From Felis catus (Eukaryota), in NCBI RefSeq assembly GCF_018350175.1, contig NC_058368.1:21144001-21208000 (forward strand): a DNA stretch of 64,000 nt. Reading direction: 5' to 3'. Below, one piece after another: positions 27,441 to 40,667 of this stretch; position 1 is the stretch's first letter; the number at the start of each line of letters is the position of its first letter. Below the pieces are notes generated by a model. The model worked only from the letters and a program-made list of their open reading frames with translations, had not been told where the DNA came from and searched no databases. Position numbers and translations under genes: made by a program.

Positions 27441-29794
27441 AATTCAGGGAGAAATCACAGCCAACAAATTGCTCAAAACAGGTATAAACAATATATCTAA
27501 ACAAAAATTTACAATAACAGTCATAAGGCAAATTGCTGGGCTTGAAAAAAGCATAGAAGACAGCAGAGAATATCTAGCTGCAGAGATCAAGCCTAAGAAC
27601 TAGCCATGATGAATTAAAAGATGCTGTAACTGAGATGCAAAATAAATCAGATACAGTGACAGAGAGGATGAAAGAAGCAGAGAAGAGAATAGGTGATATA
27701 GGAGATAAAATTATGGAAAATAATGAAGCTGAAAAAAGGAGGGAAAGGAAATTACTAGATCACAAGGGAAGAATTAGAGAACTAAGTGATTCCATGAAAT
27801 GAAACAATAGCTGTATCATAAGAATTCCAGAAGAAGAAGAGTGAGAGAAAGGGGCAGAAGGTTTATTTGAACAAATTATAGCTGAGAACTTCCCTAATCT
27901 GGAGAAGGAAACAGGCACCCAAGTCCAAGAGGCACAGAGAACCCCCTTTAAAAGCAACAAAAACAGGTCAACCCCGTGACATATCATAGTGAAATTGGCA
28001 AAATACAAAGATAAAGAGATAATTATGAAAGCAGCTAGGGGCAAAATGTCCTTAACCTACAAGGGTAGACATATAAGGTTAGCAACAGACCAGTCCACTG
28101 AAATGTGGCAGGACAGAAGGGATTGGCAGGAAATACTCAATGTGCTGAATAGAAAAAATATGCATCCAAAAATCCTTTATCCAAAAAGGATATCATTCAG
28201 AATAGGAGAGATAAAGACTTTCCCAGACAAACAAAAACTGAAGGAGTTCATGACCACTAAACCAACTTTGCAAGAGATCCTAAGGGGGTCTTTGTGAGTG
28301 GAAAGCAGCAAAGACTTCAAAAAACCAGACATCTCAACAAACATGAAATCTACAGATAACACAGTGGCACTAAATTCATAGCTTTCAATAATCACTCTGA
28401 ATGTAAATGGACTAAATGCCCCAATCAAAAGACTTAGGGTATCAGAATGGATTAAAAAAAAAAAAGATCTATCTATATGCTGCCTACATGAGACTCATTT
28501 TAGACCAGAGGACACCTGCAGATTGAAAGTGAGAGGATGGAAAACCATGTATCATGCTAATGGACGTCAAAAGAAAGCTGGAGTAGCCATACTTACATCA
28601 GACAAACTCGGTTTTAAAATAAAGACTGTAAAAGGAGATGAAGAAGGGCATTATATCATAATTAAGGGGTCTATCCATAAGGAGCTAACAATTGTAAATA
28701 TTTATGCCCCCAACGTGGTATACCCAAATATATAAATCAGTTAATCACAAACATGAACAAACTTCTGGATAATAATACTGTAATTGTAGGAGATGTTAAT
28801 ACTCCACTTATAGCAATGGACAGATCATCTAGGCAGAAAATCAATAAGGAAACAATGGCACTGAATGACACATTGGACCAGATGGACTTGACAGATATAT
28901 TCAGAACATTTCATCCTAAAGCACCAGAATACACATTCTTCTCAAGTGAACATGGAACATTCTCCAGAATAGATCACATTTTGAGTCACAAAACAGCCCT
29001 CAACAGTTACAAAAAGACTGAGATCATGCCATGCATATTTTCAGATCATAACACTGTGAAACTTGAAATCAATCACAGGAAAAAATGTGGAAAGCCCCTA
29101 AATACATGGAGGTTAAAGAACATCCTACTAAAGAATGAATGGATTAACCAGGAAATTAAAAAATACTGGAAGCAAATGAAAACAGAACAGTCCAAACCCT
29201 TTGGGATGCAGCAAAGGAATTCCGAAGAGGAAAATACATGGCAATTCAGACCTATCTCAAGAAGCAAGAAAGGTCCCAAGTATACAACCTAATCTTTCAC
29301 CTAAAGGAGCTAAAAACTGAGCAGCAAATAAAGCCCAAAGCCAGTAAAAGAAAGGATATAATAAAGATAAGAGCAGAAATAAACAATATAGAATTTTAAA
29401 AAAAGCACAGAACAGCTCAATGAAACTAAAAGCTAGTTTTCTGAAAGAGTAAACAAAATTGATAAACACCCAGTCAGATTTCTCAAAAAGAAAAGAAAGA
29501 GGACCCAAATAGATAAAGTCACAAATGAAAGAAGAAAGATCACAACCAACACTGTAGAAATATAAACAATTATAAGAGAATACTATGAAAAACTATATGC
29601 CAACAAACTGGACAATCTGGAAGAAATGGACAAATCCCTAGACATTCACACACTACCAAAACTTAAATGGGAAGAAATAGAAAATTTGAAGAGAATGGAA
29701 TAGAATAGAAACCCCAGAACTAGACCCACAAAAGTACGGCCAACTAATCTTTGACAAAGCAGGGAAGAATATCCAATAGAAAAAAGACAGTCTC

Positions 29795-30015
29795 AGGGTG
29801 CCTGGGTGGCGCAGTCGGTTAAGCGTCCGACTTCAGCCGGGTCATGATCTCACGGTCTGGGAGTTCGAGCCCCACGTCAGGCTCTGGGCTGATGGCTCAG
29901 AGCCTGGAGCCTGTTTCCAATTCTGTGTCTCCCTCTCTCTCTGCCCCTCCCCCGTTCATGCTCTGTCTCTCTCTGTCCCAAAAATAAATAAACGTTGAAA
30001 AAAAAATTTTTTTAA
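29795..30015 (+). mobile_element. Young Can-SINE in L1 copy C
   Basis: Perfect 17-bp TSD agaaaaaagacagtctc. CpGs retained. Confidence 0.96.
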
Positions 30016-30910
30016 AGAAAAAAGACAGTCTCTTTAACAAATGGTGCTGGGAGAACTGGACAGCAACATGCAGAAGAATGAAACTAGACTACTTTCTTAC
30101 ACCATTCACAAAAACAAACTCAAAATGGATAAAGGACCTGAATGTGAGACAGGAAACCATCAAAACTCTAGAGGAGAAAGCAGGAAAAAACCTCACAGAC
30201 CTTAGCCACAGCAATTTCTTACTTCACATCCCCAAAGGCAAGGGAATTAAAAGCAAAAATGAACTATTGGGACCTCATGAAGATAAAAAGCTTCTGCACA
30301 GCAAAGGAAACAATCAACAGAACTAAAAGGCAACCAACGGAATGGGAAAAGATATTTGCAAATGACATAGCAGACAAAGGGCTAGTATCCAAAATCTATA
30401 AAGAGCTCACCAAACTCGACACCTGAAAAACAAATAATCCAGTGAAGAAATGGGCAGAAAACATGAATAGACACTTCTCTAAAGAAGATATCCAGATGGC
30501 CAACAGGCACATGAAAAGATGCTCAACGTCGCTCCTCATCAGGGAAATACAAATCAAAACCACACTCCAATATCACCTCACGCCAGTCAGAGTGGCCAAA
30601 ATGAACAAATCAGGAGACTATAGATGCTGGAGAGGATGTGGAGAAACGGGAACCCTCTTGCACTGTTGGTGGGAATGCAAACTGGTGCAGCCGCTCTGGA
30701 AAACAGTGTGGAGGTTCCTCAAAACATTAAAAATAGATCTACCCTATGACCCAGCAATAGCACTGCTAGGAATCTACCCAAGGGATACAGGAGTACTGAT
30801 GCATAGGGGCACTTGTACCCCAATGTTGGCATTTTCAACAATAGCCAAATGATGGAAAGAGCCTAAATGTCCATCAACTGATGAACGGATAAAGAAATTG
30901 TGGTTTATAT

Positions 30911-31117
30911 GGGGCGCCTGGGTGGCGCACTCGGTTAAGCGTCCGACTTCAGCCAGCTCATGATCTCGTGGTCCGTGAGTTCAAGCCCCGCGTCAGGCTC
31001 TGGGCTAATGGCTCGGAGCCTGGAGCCTGTTTCCGATTCTGTCTCCCTCTCTCTCTCTGCCCCTCCCCCGTTCATGCTCTGTCTCTCTCTGTCCCAAAAA
31101 TAAATAAAAAAAAAAAA
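30911..31117 (+). mobile_element. Young Can-SINE in L1 copy C
   Basis: Perfect 20-bp TSD aaagaaattgtggtttatat. Confidence 0.96.
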
Positions 31118-31581
31118 AAGAAATTGTGGTTTATATACACAATGGAATACTACGCGGCAATGAGAAAGAATACAATATGGCCTTTTGTAGCAACGTGGTT
31201 GGAACTGGAGTGTTATGCTAAGTGAAATAAGTCATACAGAGAAAGACAGATACCATATGGTTTCACTCTTATGTGGATCCTGAGAAACTTAACAGAAGTC
31301 CATGGGGGAGGGGAAGAAAAAAAAAGAGGTTAGAGAGGGAGAGAGCCAAAGCATAAGAGACTCTTAAAAACTGAGGACAAACTGAGGGTTGATGGGGGGT
31401 GGGAGGGAGGGGAGGGTGGGTGATGGGTATTGAGGAGGGCACCTGTTGGGATGAGCACTGGATGTTGTATGGAAACCAATTTGACAATAAATTTCAGATT
31501 TAAAAAATTAAAAACATTTCAAAAATTAAAAAAAAAAGAAAATTTGAATAGGCCCATAGCCAGTAAAGAAACGGAATCCAT

Positions 31582-31794
31582 GGGGCGCCTGGGTGGCTCA
31601 GTCAGTTAAGCATCCGACTTCGGCTCAGGTCATGATCTCACAGTTTGTGAGTCCAAGCCCCATGTCGGGCTCTGTGCTGACAGCTCAGAGTCTGGAGCCT
31701 GCTTCAGACTCTGTGTCTCCCTCTCTCTCTGCACTCCCCTGCCCCATCACACTCTGTCTCTCTCAAAAATAAATAAACACTAAAAAAAATTTTT
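31582..31794 (+). mobile_element. Can-SINE without TSD, at an L1 deletion
   Basis: Flanks gaaacggaatccat and aagatactagc are non-adjacent L1 positions. Confidence 0.9.
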
Positions 31795-32211
31795 AAGATA
31801 CTAGCAGTTGAATTCAACAGTACATTAAAAGAATTATTCACCATGACCAAGTAGGATTCATTCCTGGGATGCAGGGCTAGTTCAATATTCACAAATCAAT
31901 CAATGTGACACTCCACATTAATAGAAGAAAAGATAAGAACCATATGATCCTGTCAATAGATGCAGAAAAAGTATTTGACAAAATTCTTGATAAAAACCCT
32001 CAAGAAAGTTGGGATAGAAGAAACATACCTTAACATCATAAAAGTCATATATGAAAGGCCCACAGCTAATATCACCCTCAATGGGGAAAAACTGAGAACT
32101 TCCCTCTTAAGATCAGGAATGACAGGGATGTCCACACTCACCGCTGTTGTTTAACAACAGAAATAGTGTTGGAAGTCCTAGTGTCAGCAGACAATAAAAT
32201 GAAATAAAAGG

Positions 32212-32234
32212 CAGTGGAAGAGCATTTGACTGCA
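32212..32234 (+). pseudogene. Tailless retro-inserted tRNA-Cys(GCA) fragment (D-loop to anticodon)
   Basis: cagtggaagagcatttgactgca matches vertebrate tRNA-Cys CAGTGGTAGAGCATTTGACTGCA at 22/23 positions. It interrupts L1 ORF2 and is flanked by duplicated aaaatgaaa(ta)aaaggca (32196-32213 / 32234-32249). Confidence 0.75.
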
Positions 32235-34299
32235 AAATGAAAAAAGGCATCCAAATTGGCAAAGAAGTCAAACTTTCACTCTTCACAGGTGACGTGATAC
32301 TCCACATAAAAAACACAAAAGACTCCACCAAAAAACTGCTAGAACTTATCCATGAATTCAGCAAAGTCACAGGATGTAAAATCAGTGTACAGAAATTGGC
32401 TCCATTTCTGTATACCAATAATGAAGCAAAGGAAAGAGATATCAAGGAATCGATCCAATTTACAACTATACCAAAAACCATAAAATACCTAGGAATTAAT
32501 GTAACCAAAGAGGTAAAAGATCTGTACGCTGAAAACTATAGAAAGCTTATGAAAGAAATTGAAGAGGACAGAAAGAAATGAAAGGACATTCCATGCTCAT
32601 GGATTGGAAAAACAAATATTGTTAAAATGTCAATATTACCCAAAGCAACCTATACATTCAGTGTAATCTCTATCAAAATAACACCAGCATTCTTCACTGA
32701 GCTAGAAAAAAAAATCCTAAAATTTGTATGGAACCACAAAAGACCCTGAAGAGCCAAAGTAATGTTGAAAAAGAAAACCAAAGCTAGAGGCATCAAAATC
32801 CCAGACTTTAACCTGTATTAATTACAAAGCTGTAATCATCAATACAGTATGGTATTGACACAAAAACAGACACATAGACCAATGGAACAGAATAGAAACC
32901 CCAGAACTAGACCCACAAAAGTATGGCCAACTAATTTTGGACAAAGCAGGAAAGAACATCCAATGGAAAAAAAGAGACAGTCTCTTTAGCAAATGGTGCT
33001 GGGAGAATGGGACAGCAACATGCAGAAGAATGAACCTGGACCACTTTCTTACACCATACACAAAAATAAATTCAAAATTAAGGAAAGACCTAAATGTGAG
33101 ACCAAGAACCATCAAAATCCTACAGGAGAAAACAGGTAGCAACCCCTTTGATTTAGGCCATAGCAACTTCATACTTGACATGTTTCTGGAGGCAAGGGAA
33201 ATAAAAGCCAAAATGAGATATTGGGACCTCATCAAGATAAAAAGCTTCTGCACAGCAAAGGAAATAGCCAACAAAACTAAAAGGTAACTGACAGAATGGG
33301 AGAAGATATTGGCAAATGACATATCAGATAAAGGGTTAGTATCCAAAATCTATGAAGAACTTACCAAACTCAACGCCCCAAAAAAAACCCAAATAATCCA
33401 GTGAATAAATGGTCAGAAGGCATGAATAGACACTTTTCCAAAGAAGACATCCAGATGGCTAACAGACACATGAATAGATGATCAACATCATTCATCATCA
33501 GGGAAATACAAATCAAAACCACAATGAGATACCACCTCACACCAGTCAAAAGGGCTAAAATTAACAACTCGGGCAACAACAGATATTGGCAAGGAGGTGG
33601 AGAAAGAGGAACCCTTTTGCACTGTTGGTGGGAATGTAAACTGGTGCAGCCACTCTGGAAAACAATATGGAAGTTTTTTAAAAAATTAAAAATAGAACTA
33701 CTTTCTGACCCAGCAATTGTAGTACTAGGAATTTATCCAATGGATACGAAAAAGCTGATTCAAAAGGGCACATGCACACCAATGTTTATAGCAGCACTAT
33801 TAACAATAGCCAAATTATGGGAAGAGCACAAATGTCCATCAACTGCTGAATGGATAAAGAAGATGTGGTATATATATATATAATGGAATACTACTGGGTG
33901 ATCAAAATGAATGAAATCTTTTGCAAAAATGTGGATAGAACTGGAGGGTATTATGGTAAGTGAAATAAGTTGGTCAGAGAAAGACAGATATCATATGATT
34001 TCACTCATATGTGGAATTTGAGAAACTCAACAGATGACCATAGGGGAAGGGAAGGAAAAATAAGATAAAAGCACAGAGGAGGCAAACCATAATAGACTCT
34101 TAAAAACAGAGAACAAACTGAGGGGTGCTGGAGTGGGGGCTTGGGGTGGGTTAAATGGGTGGTGGGCATTAAGGAGGGCACTTTTTGAGATAAGCACTGG
34201 GTGTCATATGTAAGAGATGAATCACTGGGTTCTACTCCTGAAGTCAAGACAACACCGTATGTCAACTAACATGAAAATAAATTAATTAAAAAAAAAGTT

Positions 34300-34600
34300 T
34301 TGAAGATTAACCAGAGTTTTCCCAATAGAAAAAGAAGTAAAGGCATTTTATGTTTGGGAGATAGTAAATTAAAGTTACAGGGGCAGGACATATAAGGTTG
34401 TATTGTGTAAACAAGTAATTTTGTGTAGCTAGATATAAAATTAAAGGGAGAGTATGGCAGGAGAGGAACCCAGAGAGGGAATGGATCATGGAGGCTTGTT
34501 ATTACATCATGCTAAGATTTGATCTGTAGGCAGCCAGAGCCACCAAAAGGCTGTATAGAAGAAGTTACGTGGCGAGATATTCATTTTAGAGAGCTGATGT
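34300..34600 (-). mobile_element. L2 remnant, probable continuation of the L2 3' end at about 23350-23515
   Basis: ggcaggagagg...gatcatggaggcttgt...catgctaag...tgtaggcagc. Confidence 0.6.
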
Positions 34601-34783
34601 GGCCCTTGTATGGTGGGTAACCAACCAGGAGAACCAGAGCTTTGTGGAGCACCCTACCATAGGCATGGAACCAAGCATTCTGCTTTCACGCTATGAGGGC
34701 TGGAATGGGCTGTTAGACTGGCACTGGATCCACATTTGCACTAAATCACCAAATCCAGAGAAGTGGAATTTCTGTTCATCACA

Positions 34784-34808
34784 TTAATTTTTTTAATGTT
34801 TATTTATC

Positions 34809-34856
<48 letters not shown>

Positions 34857-35024
34857 CAAGCAGGGGAGGGGCAGAGAGAGGCAGGGGGACATAAAATCTG
34901 AAGCAGGCCCCAGGCTCTAAGCTGTCGGCACAGAGCCCAACGTGGCGCTCAAACTCGCGAGCCGTGAGATCATGACCTGAACCGAAGTAGGATGCTTAAC
35001 TGACTGAGCTACCCAGGTGCCCCC
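34784..35024 (-). mobile_element. Can-SINE with expanded (GA)n
   Basis: TSD tctgttca. Confidence 0.93.
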
Positions 35025-35539
35025 TCTGTTCAGTGCTTTAAAAGAAAGTTTTCTCAGGGTTCTAGCCATTTAGGTTTTAGAACAGCTACTAGGGTTAGGA
35101 TAGTTACATTGAATGCGGGATAATTAGCTACTGGATCCTTGGCTCTAACATTCCACATTTCAAATTCCTTTTTATCTATGTAATTAAGCTAGTCTATACT
35201 TTTGTTGGCTCACTGGTAATAAAGAGGGTGTCTGTCAAGCTAGGGCTAGTTTGTATCATTTGAATCTGTATTGTGGGAAGAGAAAGATCTGGACATTTCA
35301 TCCGTTTTACAGATAGCCTTCTCTTGGTTCCAGACTTCACAAGGGGAAAAAAGTCACTTCCAATGTCTTTGAGGACTCTCCTCATGACACTTTGAAATCA
35401 GATTAAAGTTGACCTCCTCTAGTATCTTTGTCTTGACTTACCCTCCCTACATTCCACATTTCATTCTCACTACACCCTGTATATGTATCATATCCATCCA
35501 GATTCCATGTGTCCTGAAGACAAGAGGCTTTCAGAATTA

Positions 35540-35993
35540 TATTAGTTTCTAGGGATGTCAGAACCAAGTACCACAAACTGAGTGGCTTAAAGCAACCGAA
35601 ATTAATTGTCTCACAGTTCAGGATATTAGAAGTCCAAAATCAAGATGTCAGCAGGGCCACATTGTCATTAAAACCTATAGGTGACAATCTTTCCTTATTT
35701 CTCTACTAGCTTCCAGTGGTTTGCTGTCAATCTTCGGCAGTGGTTGGCTTGCAAATGCCTAACTCCAATCTCTGCCTTCATTCATGCATAGAGTTCTCCC
35801 TGTGTCTGTGTCTTCACATGGCCATTCTTATAAAGACACCAGCCATATTGGATTCCGAGCCCACTCTACTCCAGTATGACTTCCTCTTAATGAATTACAA
35901 TGATCTTATTTCCAAATAAGATCATATTGTGAGGCACTCAAGGCTAAGAATTCAACATATCTCTTTTGAGGGGACACAATTCAATTCATAACA
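35540..35993 (-). mobile_element. MaLR solo LTR (MLT1C-like)
   Basis: aagtaccacaaactgagtggcttaaagcaac...gaagtccaaaatcaagatgtcagcagggcc...gggacacaattcaattcataaca. Confidence 0.85.
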
Positions 35994-37661
35994 CTCTTTT
36001 CTCTTGGCTGCTCACTTGCAGTATTTAATCCAATGTTGAGAATGTGACAGTGAATACTATTTACCGATGTGATTTAAGTTACCAGCTCATTCATTCGCCT
36101 GTCTGCAAAAGAGCATGGCAACATCATTACCACTTTGGGCTAACGTACCAAAAGGCCTCACCTTTAATATGACTGGAGAAAACGCTGAGCGGGATTTGAT
36201 CAAAATTGTGGTCATCTTGAGACTGAAAGCTGAAATGAGAATTTCCCAGTGTAACTTATGATGGCCATGATGAACTTTAACAGACAATAGATTTATGGGG
36301 AATATTCAGGTGCTTCTGTGCTCTCACATCAGTTTAGGTATTTCAAAGTATAGAGTATTAATTTCAATCACGACATCACTATAATTAGTAATGGCAATAT
36401 TTTCTTCAAGTTACCCTTAAGGGCCATAGAATCTCAGGCTGCACCCATGGCAATTAGACCAACAGTGGGCAAAGAGCCAAATTAGGGGATGAGGGGAGAG
36501 TTATGCTACCAAATCAAATATGGGTTTTTTTTGAGTTAAGCACTCAAACTTGTGGTAGGGAAATCTGCTCACATTGCACCCTGTCATTCATACATGTAAA
36601 ATATGTTAAAAAATATGTATATATATTACATCCCCTTTTAGCCATCGACAGTTTTCAGAGTTCTTTCCATTAGGCTCTTTCCAGTGGGACCCACAGGACT
36701 TCAGTTAATGATTGAGGGAGCTGCCCTTATGCCAGAGAAGTGTCCCTGAGAGCAACCAGGAAGACATGGTTTGTGTGCCCCTCATTTACTCTATTTTGTC
36801 CAAGCAAACAGTTGGCAAGAGGAGGCATTTCCTATTGCCTGGGCAATGTTTTAATCACTGTTTAAATATTTGCCATCCTGTCTTTGTTTTAGTTAAAACT
36901 GCAGAGTTAATGCGATACAGATTTGTACCTTCTGCTGAGTGAAATATAGATTTCATCTTGGGAACTAGAGCTATGTTCACTGTAGATAGCTTCCCCACTC
37001 CTCACCTCCACTATTTGTCTTTCATTTTGTGCATCGTATTGTTTTTATATCTTCCCAGTGCCTACAGGTTACCAACAAATTGCCTCCAGGCAGTTTCAGC
37101 ACGTTAAGTTTCAGCAAACCTGACCCTATGTGTGACTCATTTCCAAAATTTAAGAACTCTTAAGTCAATCTCTCTGCATATCAGCCCAGAACAATATCAG
37201 TCCCGGGAGAGAACCTTGCCATCTGATGGATATTCTGGGGTCAAGGTAAAATGAGTTTCTGGCCTCAGGCTAGTTTCTAACGGACAATGGGTCTGTGCCA
37301 AGGACTACTATTCCTTCTAACTACTATTTCTTCTAACGAAGCTCTGTCAAGTTTCAGCTGCACCCAGGCTAACTTGGCTTCTTATAACCTGATTTCTCCA
37401 AGCCTCACCAGCTGGGGTGTGAGTAAAGAGTCATATTAACAGTAAACGCTCAAATTACATTGATTCCCACTCCTACATGCTGATGAATGGACTTTGCCTC
37501 CCTTAAAAAAAAAAAAAGTTTACTAAATGTGCCCTTTCTGTTTTAACATACAGTGAACTCTCTCTATATATACAGTCCTCATAAACCAATGGGAGCTGGA
37601 CAGAAATGTGAATGACTGACATCATTCTCAAGCCTCCTCCTCGCTGATAACTAAGATTTCA

Positions 37662-37869
37662 TTCTTTTTTTTTTTCCCCCTAGAGAGAGAGAGGGAGACC
37701 ACGCACAGCAGCAGAGGAAAGGGGCAGAGGCTGAGAGAGACAGAATCTTAAGCAGGCTCCATGCTCAGCACAGGGCCAGATGCAGGCCTCGATCCCATGA
37801 CCTTGGGATCACGACCTGAGTCGAAATCAAGAGTCAGTCCCTCAACTGACTGAGCCACCCAGGGGCCCC
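37662..37869 (-). mobile_element. Can-SINE (older subfamily)
   Basis: TSD aagatttcatt / aagatttcgtt. Confidence 0.9.
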
Positions 37870-38098
37870 AAGATTTCGTTATTGAGTCAACTTTACCCGG
37901 CTGGCTCTGGGTGCCACCCAGGATGAGCATCCTCTCAAGCACCTCCTCAGTCCTCATCAGAAGAGAGGTTTCCAGTTGGCTTTTCCACCAAAACTGCCAG
38001 ACATGTCAGACGACCAGTTCTAAATCCCACTTAGATTCTACTGAGGACCCGTCCATACCTGAAACAACTGCTCTCTTATCTGAAAAACACTTGGTTGA

Positions 38099-38300
38099 GG
38101 GGCGCCTGGGTGGCGCAGTCAGTTAAGCGTCCGACTTCAGCCAGGTCACGATCTCGCGGTCCGGGAGTTCGAGCCCCGCGTCAGGCTCTGGGCTGATGGC
38201 TCAGAGCCTGGAGCCTGTTTCTGATTCTGTGTCTCCCTCTCTCTCTGCCCCTCCCCCATTCATGCTCTGTCTCTCTCTGTCCCAAAAATAAATAAACGTT
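38099..38300 (+). mobile_element. Young Can-SINE
   Basis: TSD gaaaaacacttggttga / gaaaaatacttggttga. CpG-rich. Confidence 0.96.
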
Positions 38301-38663
38301 GAAAAATACTTGGTTGAAATGAAAAGGTTTGGGGCTCTTATTCCAACAATTGCAGACAGTAATTACTGCCAAACCTTTTACAAAAGAATACTAGAGTAAC
38401 AGGATAAACTATTTTAAAAATGTTTGATGCTGTGAGAAAGTTAACGTGATAGTGAATAATTACCAGAACAGAACCTAAGAGAAGACAGAGGACAGAAAAA
38501 GAATGAGGAGAGCCCTACAACAGCCCCAGCCTACTGCCATGAAATAGTTTCCAGGCCATGGCACAGGAAGGGAAAACTGAGATGCCGTCTGCAGACTCCC
38601 TGTGGTGTTTAACATGCACCAGAGTTTGGAAAGACCAGTGTGGCTAAAGTTATCAGGATACAT

Positions 38664-38865
38664 GGGGCACCTGGGTGGCTCAGTCAGTTAAGTCTCTGTC
38701 TTCGGCTCAGGTCATGATCTTGAGTTCAAGCCCCACATCAGGGTCTGTGTTGATAGCTCAGAGCCTGGAGCCTGCTTTAGATTCTGTGTCTCCCTCTCTG
38801 CCCCTCCCCTACTTGCACTCTGTCTCTCTCTCAAAAAATAAATAAACATTAAAAAAAATTTTTTT
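38664..38865 (+). mobile_element. Can-SINE
   Basis: TSD gttatcaggataca. Confidence 0.94.
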
Positions 38866-39700
38866 GGACGTTATCAGGATACAGGAAGAAGCAAGAGCTG
38901 TATAGGGAAAGAGAACTGGACATTTGTAGAGGGTCTCCGCTTACTCAAAGTACTGACCAGTGCACACATGTGAGGAAACTGGCAGAGGCCAGGGAAGAAC
39001 TATACAAAAGAATTACAAAGAATAGTAATCCTCTCGCTCCTCCAGGATGGGTCCCATTGAGTGAAGATGAAAGGGGTGTGGAGAAATAGTATTCATCTGT
39101 CTTTACTATTTCATAACACTCATGAGCCCACCCTGCCCTGGAGATACCGTGATGGATGAGACCCAATGTCCATGCTACAGAGCCCATAGTTCAGTGGGGG
39201 ACTTACATGCATCACCATCACCAGGAAGAGAAAAGGCCTACAGGTTCAGGCAGGTGCTGGAATCCCAAGAACTATCACTGAGGGAGAAAAGACATATCTG
39301 AGAACTTGGGGATGTCCCTATGGACCAGAAGAGGATGGAGGGAGATTATTTAAAAGTGGAATACAGGGTGTTCAGTGTTGAAGATCCTCAGTACTAACAG
39401 GAAATAATCATCAAGACCTTGTGTGATATCACACAAAAAAAGTACGATATCAATGTGTGTGGACATATATGTACATGAAGAGGCATAGAAGGGAAACTAA
39501 AAAGAGTTACAACAAAATGTTAACAGCAATTACCTTTTAGAGTGGAAAATGATACCATGAGTAGCCATAAAATGAACTCCTCTTCTCCTCCATAGTCTTT
39601 GTATTACTTGATTCTTTATGAGAATGTATTTGTGTGAACATTATGTAAATAAAAAATCCCAAGTAAATAAGTAAACAGGTTTAAAGATTTTTAAAAAGGT

Positions 39701-39930
39701 GGGGGGCGCCTGGGTGGCTCAGTCAGTTAAGCGTCTGACTTTGGCTCAGGTCATGATTTCATGGTTCATGAGTTCGAGTCCCACGCTGGGCTCTGTGCTG
39801 ACAGCTCAGAGCCTGAAGCCTGCTTTGGATTTGGTGTTTCTCTCTCTCTCTCTTCTTTTTTTCTCTCTCTCTGCTCCTCTCCTGCTCACGCTCTCTCTCT
39901 CTCTCAAAAATAAACATTAAAAAAAATTTA
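39701..39930 (+). mobile_element. Can-SINE
   Basis: Canonical structure. Confidence 0.93.
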
Positions 39931-40089
39931 AAGCCCTTGTTAGCATTTAATGAACCTCCCTCTACATAGCTTCAAGTTTCTAGGACTCAGCACCACCCCC
40001 TCCCCTTACACCCTTAATCTTCTCCTCAGCTCTTCTACTAAAGAATTTGGCCTTCATGTTGACAGGCTGTTTTGGGAGCTGTCCCAAAC

Positions 40090-40611
40090 ACACATGCAAA
40101 GCAAACAGGAAAGTATTGAGGAAAAAAATCAAACAATCCAAAACTGAAAGAGATGTTAAAATTAACGGACAAGGGCATTTAAAAGAACATTATAAGTATA
40201 TTACATAAATTCAAAAAGTTAAGTAGAGACAGAAAAGATATTTTAAAAAATCAGACTACTAGAGATGAAAGCTACACAAGAAGAAATTCAGAAGCTAGGA
40301 CACTGAGAAGAAAATATCACTGAAATAAAACACAAAAAAAGACTTTAGAAATAACTACAAGTGAACTATAGTACAACTTCACACAGTCTAATATACAGGT
40401 AATTGGAGTCCCCAATGAAAGAGAGAGAAAGGAAGCAAGAAAAATAATGCCAAAATACTGCAAAAGAAATAATGGTCACAAGTTTTCCAGATACGATGAA
40501 AATCATAAAGCCACATATCCAAGAAGCTCAAGAAACCTCAAGGACAAGAAATGTAAAGAAAACTACACCAAAACCCATCATAATCAAATTGCTCAAAACC
40601 CCTGGTAGATT

Positions 40612-40667
<56 letters not shown>

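Larger units (their letters stand above)
29691..31536 (+). mobile_element. L1 copy C (younger L1_Fc-like, 5'-truncated) nested in copy B
   Basis: TSD agaaaatttgaa. Well-preserved ORF2 C-terminus ([26 protein letters not shown]), G-rich 3' UTR and A-tail. Confidence 0.92.
27441..34296 (+). mobile_element. L1 copy B (ORF1 to poly(A)), feline-type, interrupted by L1 copy C, a SINE and the tRNA fragment
   Basis: ORF1 remnant 27989..28297 (KLKEFMTTKPTLQEIL). ORF2 remnants 28523-33883. 3' UTR and A-tail ending about 34296. Confidence 0.93.

Noticed and set aside
15647..33883. L1 endonuclease and RT ORFs as an active element
   Set aside because: Fragmented by stops, frameshifts, deletions and insertions. 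No intact ORF1 or ORF2.
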